A stretch of DNA of 64,000 nt from Octopus sinensis (Eukaryota). The stretch lies in the NCBI RefSeq assembly GCF_006345805.1, contig NC_043000.1, positions 15,934,001 to 15,998,000 on the forward strand, given 5' to 3'. This document shows, in pieces, positions 1 through 11,000 of the stretch. Each line of letters opens with the position of its first letter. The stretch's first letter is position 1. The translations under genes and the position numbers were made by a program. A model generated the notes under the pieces. The model had not been told where the DNA came from. It searched no databases and saw only the letters and a program-made list of their open reading frames with translations.

Positions 1-104
1 AATGTTTTTTATGCTTTGGGACTTATTATTTGTATTGCAGTGGGTTGAGCTGGCTCTGACCAACAAGTTCACCTCTTCCCTCTGGTGAGGTGTAAAGTTC
101 ATAT

Positions 105-560
105 TCAGAGCTTCAGTGAGAGTACAAGTTCACATTTAGTCCCCAGACATATGCATAGATTTTTTAGGATAGTGTGAACGTAAAAAGCACCATTTGAGCG
201 TAATCGATGCCAAAGCTGCCTGACTGGCTTCCATGCCGGTGTATGTAAAAAGCACCATTCGAGCATGGTTGTTGCTAGTTCCGTCTGACTGGCTTTCATG
301 CCGGTGGCATGTAGAAAGCACCATTTGAGTGTGATCGATGCCAGTACCACCTGACTGGCCCTCGTGCTAGTGGCACGTAAAAAGTGCCCTCTTCACTCTC
401 AAAGTGGTTGGCATTAGGAAGGGCATCCAGCTGTAGAAATCTGACCATGTCAGGTCAGATTGGAGCCTGGTACAGCCTTCTGGCTTGCCAGTCCTCAGTC
501 AAACCATCCAACCCATGCCAGCATGGAAAGCGGATGCTAAACAACAATAATGATGGTGAT
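105..560 (+). mobile_element. (GAT)n-tailed retroelement (family F) with degenerate internal tandem units
   Basis: Shared core tggttggcattaggaagggcatccagctgtagaa...cccatgccagcatggaaagcgga. Confidence 0.7.
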
Positions 561-934
561 GATCCATAGCAGCTTGCCTTGCTGGCAATTGCAGACCATC
601 ACAGAGGATTCATTGACCTAGTCACTGTTGATTATCAGAGCAGATGAAGGCTAGCTTGGAAATGGGTTCTAGAGACATGCTTTAACAAAAGTTAAAGGAT
701 GCAATATTCAAATTTTGATTAAGTCAACTTTTCTTCTCATTCTTTGCTTTTCATGCTTCTGGCATTGATTAAAAAAACTACCTTAATTTTTAAGTCCACA
801 TCAATAAGAATAATTCTTATTATAAGAATCAATAGTTCTCGTAATATGACATTCTCTCCTCCATAACATTGATCTGTTGAAAAACTCTAAAGTGTCTTTA
901 TTCTCAATTTATCATCAGAATTTCTTTATTTCAG

Positions 935-1084
935 GGTAAAAATGGCCTGGCAATGTTTTATGTAGCAGTAAGAGATGAAGACGGACAATTAAACAACATT
1001 GAAATAGTAAACTTGAAAAATAAATTGGGAACCAGACAAATGCCAACTGCAGAATTACAGTTAAATGGAACAAAAGCATTTAAG
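935..1084 (+). CDS. ACAD/AidB exon ([10 protein letters not shown]...[24 protein letters not shown])
   Basis: tttcag acceptor, GTGAAG donor, phase 0/0, KLG..PTAE motif. Confidence 0.9.
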
Positions 1085-4000
1085 GTGAAGACATTTTTTC
1101 CTCTACTTTGCATATATATATATTTTATATTCTAAGTTATATGGTTTGTTGATGGAATTCTTCTTAAGTCAAGTTGGTTAAGTTCTTTGTTATCTGTCTG
1201 TATTAGTCCAAGATGACACTGAAAGATGAAATAAAATAGCAGTGTTTCAATAATGAGTATTATTTCAGTCTGCCTTGAAATACAGGGTAAAATATCAGTC
1301 TATTTTCTGTTATAGGCACAAGGCCTGAAATTTTGGGAAGGGGATCTCCAGTAATTCCTTGCAATATCACAGTTCACCTATTGTGCACTTAGTACATCAC
1401 AGTTCACCTATTGCGCACTCAGTACATTGCAGACTTTTCTGGCTAATATATATAAATTTATATTGCGGACTCCTCAGTATATTGTGGGTTTCTGCAGCCA
1501 ATAGATATTTATATGTTTTTAGATTTTAATTATTTCTGTGAGAGGTTTTGGATTATAACACCTGCGATAGTCGAGGGATTACTGTAGTTGATTACGTTGG
1601 ACCCAGTACTCAACTGGCTCTTGCACCAAGAGCACCCTCCAAGCATGATCGTTGCCAGAGCAGCTGTCTGGCTTCCATGCCAATGGCACGTAAAAAGCAC
1701 CATTCAAGCATGATCGTCACCAGCGTCGCCTTACTGGCACTTGTGCTGGTGGCACATGAACAAAACATTCGAGCAAAGTCGTTGCCAGTGCTGCTGGTCT
1801 GGCTCCTGTGCAGGTGGCACATAAAAAACACCATGTGAGTGCGGCCATTGCCAGTACTGCCTGACTGGCCCTCGTGCCGGTGACACATAAAAGCACCCAC
1901 TACACTCTCGGAGTGGTTGGCATTAGGAAGGGCATCCCACTGTAGAAACTCTGCCAGATCAGATTGGAGCCTGGTGCAGCCATATGGTTCGTCAGTCCTC
2001 AGTCAAATCATCCAACCCATGCCAGCATGGAAAGCGGACATTAATCGATAATGATGATGATGATGATGATGATGAAAGGCAGAATTTGAACTCAGAGCAT
2101 AAAGACAGATGAAATACCACTTAGTATTTTGTCCGGTGTGCTAACAGTTTTGCCAGCTTGCTACCCTAGTCTATTTAAATAATCCTGGTCATGAGCAAAA
2201 CAACTTCATTCATTCTAATACTAAACTGGTTGAATCTCATTCTTAATCACTGTAACCTCTTCTTCTTTTCATAATGCTAATTTACTATATATGAAAAGTA
2301 CTGATGTGGTACCACATTAAAAGCACTGGTTCTTGTGCCACGTATAAAGCACCCAGTACACTCTGTGAAGGGTTGGTGTTAGGAAGGGCATCCAGCCATA
2401 GAAACCATACCAAAACAGATAATGGAGTCTAGCACAGACCCTGGCCGTACCAGTTCCCATCAAACTGTCCAACCCATGCTGGCATGGGAAATGGACATTA
2501 GATGATGATGATGATTGCATATAAGATGCAAATTTTTAAAAAGGAAGCCTCTTAAAAAATCATCCTGGATTCTATCTGCAAAGTGGATCTATATTACACA
2601 CTAAAAACTTTGTTTTAAACATGTGCAGCTGAAGTTGGGGTGTGTTTAATATGGGTGTGCCTTTTCTCTCATCAAATATCTGATCTTTGCTATTTCTGTG
2701 TTAATTGCTTCAACTGACTCATCATCACCATATTTATAAATACTTGCTTGACCTAAAAATATTGGGCAAAACTGTTGCTCTTGAGATGATGGGCATAGGA
2801 GTTTACTGAAAAGTATTTTGTCCACAAGTAGGTGTATAAAATAAATCTCTTGAATATGACAGATTGCCCCATCACTGTGTGTGTGTGTGTGTGTGTGCAC
2901 GTGTGCACATGTGTGTGTGTGTGTGTGTCTATTTGTGAATTTTGGAAAGAAAATTGGGTGTGTGATTAAAAGGAGATTTGGCTGTTAATTTTAGCTGGTT
3001 GAATGATTTTTATTGGAACTTTCTCATTAGTAAAATCGTTGGATGGTAATAAAATAATTTACCATATTTAATGGCATAAAAGACACCTGTATGTATTAGA
3101 TGCACCCAAACTTTCAGGGTGCAGTGCATATTCAGGAAAAGCTTTTAGTGCATTAAAACATGTAATAGGGGCCCAACTTTACATATAGGACCTGGTGTGA
3201 TTATTTGAGATTTTTTTTTTTTTGAAACTAGTGCATCTTATAAACCATCAAAAGCAGTATTTTCTTGAATTAACAGACATTTCTCAATTACAGGTTTCTC
3301 CAACAGACAAAGGCATCAGTTATATAGCCACCATGTTAACTATAACAAGGATCCATAATTCAATTTCTGCTGTCTCCTACATGAGAAGGTCAGTATGATA
3401 ATTTAATTTTAACATTTTAACCTTGAGAGCAAGTGGTGCAGTGCACATAGATATTGCAAGCTCTTTTTGTTTAATAAGGTTCGTGTTTAAATTTCTCTTG
3501 AATGACATCAGTAAATAAAACATTAATGGTGAAGGAATTCTTGAAGGTTTCAGTTTTTTTGCATTTTTACTTGTTGAGACTGAAAGAAGGGGAATGCTTA
3601 TGACTTTTGCAGAGTTTTGATGATATTAATCAAAACTATTGAAAAGGTTGCAAGACAATGAAAATTTTAGGAAAATAAAAATAAGAAATAAGTGGAAATT
3701 TTTCCGGTGAGTGTGTTAAATTATAAGGCACTAAGAGAGAATGACCTCTCCCCAGACACAACAGAAATATGCTTCAACACATAAACTCATATAAAGAATC
3801 TTGCAAACCAAATCCCAAAACGAAAGATGATATTAAGCCAGTGCCGCCTCGACTGGCTTCCGTGCAGGTGGCACATAAAATGCACCAATCCGACCGTGGC
3901 TGATGCCAGCCTCGCCTGGCTCCAGTGGAGGTGGCACGTAAAAAGCACCCACTACACTCACGGAGTGGTTGGCGTTAGGAAGGGCATCCAGCTGTAGAAA

Positions 4001-7000
4001 CATTGCCAGATAAGACCGGAGCCTGGTGCAGCCTTCTGGCTTCCCAGATCCCCGGTCGAACCGTCCAACCCATGCTAGCATGGAGAACGGACGTTAAACG
4101 ATGATGATGATGATGATGATGATGATGTTGTTTAAATTGTTGCTGACCAACAACTGCAGGGAAGACATAAGCAAGAAGGAGATTCAAAGGGGACTGATGT
4201 TCTGGGAAGGAAGAACTAAGCATAATGGTTTATCAGGGAGTGAGGGGATTGGACACCCCCAAGAGTGATGGGAGGTAAAAAGACAAGCGTGTCAGGAATG
4301 CCTGAGTGGTGGAGGTACAAGACCAGCCAGCTCCATAGAGCCAAGGAAGCTATTATAATAGCAATAGAAAATACAGAGAAATGAAAGCACGTTTGAGGAC
4401 TACAGGTTGGAACATGACCATTTGTGATTGAATTCCAATTAGTTGAGTGGTTCTGATCTGGATGAAGTCCAGGATGTCAGGAAATAAATGTTAGGTGAAG
4501 TGTTTTTGCATAGGATTTTGGAGATATTGTAGGGATGATGAGGTGATGTGAGTGAATCAAATGGGTTTTGGTTGTGGTGGTACACAGATTGCTAGATCAG
4601 AAGAGCATGTAACAGTGTAATAATATTACAAGAAACTGTATGATATACTTCTATCAATGTTGCCTTGATATCAAATATATTGGTAATTTAACTCATTAAT
4701 CAATGATTACACTATTAATTAGTTTAATTGAAATTACTGTTCTGACTTTAATGTACAGTGGCAACAAATTGTCAATCAATTCTAATTAACAAAGTCATGG
4801 ATTTCATGTTCCTTTATTCATTTACTTGTTTCAGTCATTTGACTGTGGCCATGCTGGAGCACCACCTTTAGTCGAGCAAATCGACCCCAGGACTTATTCT
4901 TTGTAAGCCTAGTACTTATTCTATCGGTCTCTTTTTACCAAACCGCTAAGTTACGGGGATGTAAACACACCAGCATCGGTTGTCAAGCAATGCTAGGGGA
5001 ACAAACACAGACACACAAGGATACACACACACACACACACACATATATATACATATATGACGGGCTTCTTCCAGTTTCTGTCTACCAAATCCACTCACAA
5101 GGCTTTGGTTGACCCAAGGCTGTAGTAGAAGACACTTGCCCAAGGTGTCACGCAATGGGACTGAACCCATGACCATGTGGTTGGTAAGCAAGCTACTTAC
5201 CACACAACCACTCCTGCACCTATTACCTTTAATATGCTAGAAATAACAGCCAAATATCTCTTAAATTACATCCTAACATTTAAAAAATGAAGGACACATT
5301 AGATACTGTATGATTCTGAATACATTATATGTGAAAAAAGATAGAATGGTCACAGCAAATCCAAATATCTGCTTTTTGGGGTTTTTTTGCAATGTAGCAA
5401 ATTGCTAATAAATATATTGGCACAAGACTAAAAATTTATAGAGGAGGAATGTTGTTGATTGCTCAACCTAAATACAAGTTGGTACTTATTTTATAAACCC
5501 TAAAAGATTGAAAAGCAAATTGAGCAGTATTTGAACCCACAACAGAAAGGAACAAAACTAAATACAGTTCAGCTAAATACTGTTCAACTAAGAAAAGTAT
5601 TTCTTCCTTGGATTCTCTGATGCTAATTCTTCTATAATACTTTCAGAATTGTCAACATGGCTTGTCAGTTTGCAACAGAAAGACAGGCTTTCAAATATCT
5701 CTTGAAAGACTTTCCTCTACATGTGAAAACATTAGCCAAGCTTGAGGTAAGATCTATATCAATTATAGAGACTAGTAGAATCATTAGAACATTGACCAAA
5801 ATGCTTTGTCACATTTATTCCAAATCTTTACATCATGAGTTCCGATCCTGCAATGGTTGACGTTGCTTTTCATTTTTTGAGGATCAATAAAATATCAGTC
5901 AACTATTTATGTAATCTATTAACTCCACCCTCAAATTTCTGTCTTTATGCCTAAATCAGAAATCAAAAGGACGGTGCATTGGCTGAGTTATTAGAGTATC
6001 TGACAAAAGGTTTGAGGTATTTACTAATGACCTTTTATGTTCTGAGTTCAAACCCTGATGAAGTCAAATTTGCCTTTGCTTCCAGGCAAAGATGAAATAT
6101 ATTTGCTTGGAATAACTAAAGTCATCCATAGGCGCAGGAGTGGCTGTGTGGTAAGTAGCTTGCTAACCAACCACATGGTTCCGGGTTCAGTCCCACTGCG
6201 TGGCACCTTGGGCAAGTGTCTTCTGCTATAGCCTTGGGCCGACCAAAGCCTTGTGAGTGGATTTGGTAGACGGAAACTGAAAGAAGCCCGTCATATATAT
6301 GTATATATATATGTATGTGTGTGTTTGTGTGTCTGTGTTTGTCCCCCTAGCATTGCTTGACAACCGATGCTGGTGTGTTTATGTCCCCGTTACTTAGCGG
6401 TTTGGCAAAAAGAGACCGATAGAATAAGTACTGGGCTTACGAAACAATAAGTCCCGGGGTCGAGTTGCTCGATTAAAGGCGGTGCTCCAGCATGGCCGCA
6501 GTCAAATGACTGAAACAAGTAAAAGAGTAAAAGAGAGAAAAGAGTAATTACTTGTGTAAAGTAGAAGTGACTCTTTTTTTTTTTATGAAGATAGATATGT
6601 GTGGGAGTGGCTATGGTAAGTAGCTTGCTTACCAGCCGCATGGTTCTGGGTTCAGTCCCACTGCGTGGCACCTAGCGTAAGTGTCTTCTACTATAGCCTC
6701 GGGCTGACCAAAGCCTTGTGAGTGGATTTGGTAGATGGAAACTGAAAGAAGCCCGTCGTATATATGTATATATATATATAAATTTATGAATAAGGATAAT
6801 ATCGATATTTAAATATCAATATTATCAAGTGGCCAGCATTGGAATAAATACCATATAAAGGTAATAATTTTTTACAACTATAAATAAGGGTATCTGAGAG
6901 ACACTACCATGCCGAAATAGCAGTCAAAACCCTGACTCTAAAAACCACCTTAAATATTCATATCGCACCATGAGATAACACAGAGAGATAAAATAAACTA

Positions 7001-8004
7001 GCAAAAAGATATTACTGGATAATTCAAAACAAAAAAATTGTAAGTTCTTTATAAATTCCTTTTGTTCATTGTAGATGGAAACCAGAGGTGCTACAATACT
7101 TGTTCTTCATCTTGGCCACTTACTTGGGCTCCAAGAGAACAAGAAATCATCTCCTCTACAAGACAATCTGTTACGTCTGCTGACACCCGTAACCAAGCTG
7201 TACACTGGCAAACAGGTAATTTCTCCCTTTTGTAGGTTGCTTCACTTACTTGAATGACTCACCTGGATAAATGCTGGCTTCATGAGCCTCTGGGTTTGAG
7301 GCCAACTTTACTTTTAGCTATGGTCTTGTCATTGTGTCTGTTTGTCAGACCTACCCTCACCCCACCACACTACTTGACAACTGGTGTTGGTTTGTTTGTG
7401 TCCCTAAAACTTAGCAGTTCAGTGAAAGCGACCTATAAAATAAGTACCAGACTTTAAAAAAAAAAAAAAACATAAATACCAGGGGCAATTAGTTTGACAA
7501 AAATCCTTCAAGATGGTGCCCCATCATGGCCGCAGATCAATGACTGAAAGAAATCCAAGATAAAAGATTAAAGAATGTATTTCTCTTAATTTGGTTAAAA
7601 ATATATTTGATATCACTCTTTACTCACAGTACATTTGTATGACTTATTTTCATGTAAATATTTATGTTTAGATGGCTGTATATGTATGTCTGTAGATATG
7701 TGTGTGTGTATAAGTGTATGTGTGTGTGTGTGTATATATATATATATGAATTAATAAATGCGCCCTTTTTTAAAGCCTAGCCAGGCTCATGGGCCCGGTT
7801 TCCCGGTTTCTATGGCGTATGTGTTCCCTGGCTGGACGGGACGCCAGTCCATCGCAGTGTTACTCATTTTTGCCAGCTGAGTGGACTGGAGCAATGTGAA
7901 ATGAAGTGTTTTGCTCAAGAACACAACATGCAGCCCGGTCCAGGAATCAAAACCACAATCTTACGATCATGATACTGGCACCCTAACCACGAAACCACGT
8001 GCCT

Positions 8005-8056
<52 letters not shown>

Positions 8057-11000
8057 CCACCCACCCACCATGAATAACAGTCAAGTGTATAATATGAATG
8101 ACAAAACTGTGGTGGAATTTTAACATTAAAATACTGTTGATGTTGAGGAAATAATTAATGAATTATTTAACATTTTTATCAAAGGCTGTTGCAGTTGTTT
8201 CTGAAGGACTTGAATGCTTTGGTGGTCAAGGTTATATAGAAGATACTGGTATTCCAACTATGCTTAGAGACTCACAGGTATTATGTTCAAGAACATTCTT
8301 TTCAATCTTTTGCTAATTCCCACCATCTTTTAATAAATATTTCTTTTTGCATTCAAATAATCAATAATCACTTATGGGTTTTTCTTTTATACTTTTGTTC
8401 ATCAGCTATTAATGTATGAAACACTTTTCCATATCTTGCTGATAAAGAATATGCAAAGCATTTTATGAGATCAATAGGCGTGATGTTGTTGGTGTTTGTG
8501 GTGGTGGTGGTGGTGGTGGCAGTGATGGCAGCAGTGGTGATGGGGTGGTGTGCATGTCTGTGAGCTTCAGAAATGGAACTTTTAATAAATTCCTCCTCCA
8601 CCGTCGTCAGCGGCAGCGGCATCCATCCGTCTCGAGAGACAATGGTGTAGCTCGGAAAAGGTGGTGGGTTTATCTGCACCAGTCCTCTTCCTGTTGAGCT
8701 ACAAAGGCCTGGGCAGGTTTGTATGAGGGATCAGCTGTTGCCCATGCAGTTTGACCCCCCCTCTCCACGCAGCTGGTAGCTCCAAGGGAACGACGGGGTT
8801 GATACAGCTTGGTACCAGATGCGTCGCAGGAGCTGCCGGCGATGACGTGTTGTGTCAGGCCGCCTTAGGGACTCCAGCTCCGGATTTTCTGTCGGGGTTT
8901 ACTCCCTTAGCCTTCGCCAGGAGGGGGTCTTGCCGCTAGGCAGCGGAGGTTTGAAATCGGAGTTTCCCTCTCCTAGTTGGGCTGCCAGTCAAGGCTATCG
9001 AGTCCCAACTACCTGAAGCAACTGGTTTTAAGGTGCCAGTGACTCGCCTTTGCCCCTTCTCCTGTCAGTGGGAACAGTTTCATCGTGGGAAGGCCAGGAG
9101 TTGGACTTGACTGTCAGAGGCTATTTGAGACACACGCTGTGTGAGCACTTTGTAGGCAGTGGGAGCTTATCCCTGCTATCACTCCCGACTATGACAGCCT
9201 TTGAAACTAAATACCTCCTCCACCATTTCATCATCATCATCATTTAACGTCCATGTCCTATGCTGGCATGGGATGAGCTGTTTGATAGGATCTGATGGTC
9301 CCAAAGACTGCACCATGCTCCAGTGTCCGCTTTGGTCTGGTTTCCTTGGCTGGATGCCCTTCCTAACTCCAACCACTTTACAATGTGTGCTGGGTTCCTT
9401 TTTTCATACCACAAGCACTATTCATTTAACCCTGCCAACTGGTCCTTAGGTGGAAGGTAAGATTTACATGGTAATCAGTTTAACATCACTACTTGGTCCC
9501 CTGGATACTGCTAGAAGAACTCACTCTGTTGTAACTATTCAAACTAGGTTCCCTCTCTGTCCATGTTTTTCTTGTAGATGTTTAGACTACTCTGTAGTAA
9601 CAACAGTTTCACCAGTTTTAGAGGAGGGTCTGCAAGAGACATGGCTAGTAGTGACTTCCCCTTCAACTGCCACTCTTCATCATCATCATCATCATCATCA
9701 TCATAATTTAAAATCCGTTTTCCATGTTGGCATGGGTATGACAGTTTGACCAGAGCTGGTAAGGGCAGGGGCCATTCCAGGCTCCATTGTTTGTCTGTTC
9801 TGGCATGGTTTCTACAGCTGGATGTCCTTCCTAATGCCAACCGCCAACCACTCCACAGAGTGTACTGGGTGCTTTTTATGTGGCCCCATCACCATTGCTT
9901 TTAATACAGCACCAGCAACAGCACTTCTTACAAGACACCAGCACCAGTATCAATTCTGCTGTGGTGGATGGGTTTTCTTTAGTACAGCGATGCACTAGAT
10001 ATCTTGGTCTTTAGTCATCTCCTTCATAAGCTTCAGTGTCTTGAGATCAGCCTTCAATACTTTGTCCCGTATCTTTCTTGGTCTCCCTCTCCCACAAATT
10101 CCATCCACTTTAAATGATAGCCCTTCTATATGCAACTGTCTACATTCATACACTCACATGAAATTCATCATCATCATCATCATCATCATCGTTTAACGTT
10201 CGTTTTCTGTGCTAGCACAGGTTGGACGGTTCGACCAGGGTCTGGGAAGCCAGGAGGCTGCACCAGGCTCCAGTCTGATCTGGCAGTGTTTCTACAGCTG
10301 GATGTCCTTCCTAACACCAACCACTCCATGAGTGTAGTAGGTGTTTTTTATGTGCCACCAGTACAGAAGCCAGTCAAGGCTGTACTGGCATCGGCCACGT
10401 TCGGATGGTGCTTTTTACATGCCACCAGCACAGGTATCACAACTACAATTTCCATTTGATGTTGATGTTTTTGACTCAATAGGACTCCTGAAGCACAGCA
10501 GGTCACATGCCACCGGCACTGAAGCCAGTCAAGGCAGCACTGGCATCAGCCATATTTGGATGGTGCTTTTTAAAAAAATCTCTCAGCCCAATATAATTAT
10601 GTGAAATCTAATGTTGTCTGCATTTATTTGTAGGTGTTACCAATCTGGGAAGGCACAACAAACATTCTATCACTTGATGTTCTTCGAGCTCTTCATTCCT
10701 CCAAAGAGATCCTGGAATCATTCAGCAATAATGTTCGAATGCTTGTCTCATCAGCTTCCCAGAATGAACTTTTAAACACAGCCAGCTGCAATGTGGTAAA
10801 AGCAATGGATGAAACTATTCAGATGATGATAAGTAACAAAGATGTCCTCGCATCAGCAGCACGTGATTTGGCATTCAGTTTTGCACGTATTTATATAAGT
10901 AAGGTTGACTACTTTCCCACTGATTTTTACTGTGTTTGTGGATTCTTCTTAACTGCATTTGAAACTGGGTCAGTAATCTGTGACAGGAACCAAAAACCTA

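Noticed and set aside
1-934. Promoter or start codon for the ACAD gene (ATG at 953)
   Set aside because: The ATG lies inside an internal exon preceded by a splice acceptor; the N-terminal part of the protein is upstream of the window
2646-2900. Minus-strand ORF ending [30 protein letters not shown]
   Set aside because: Starts in a (CA)n tract, with no recognisable motif or splice context
3975-4223. Poly-His and poly-Asp ORFs (also 9450, 9544, 10130, 37426, 50296)
   Set aside because: Derived from the (CAT/GAT)n tails of family F elements
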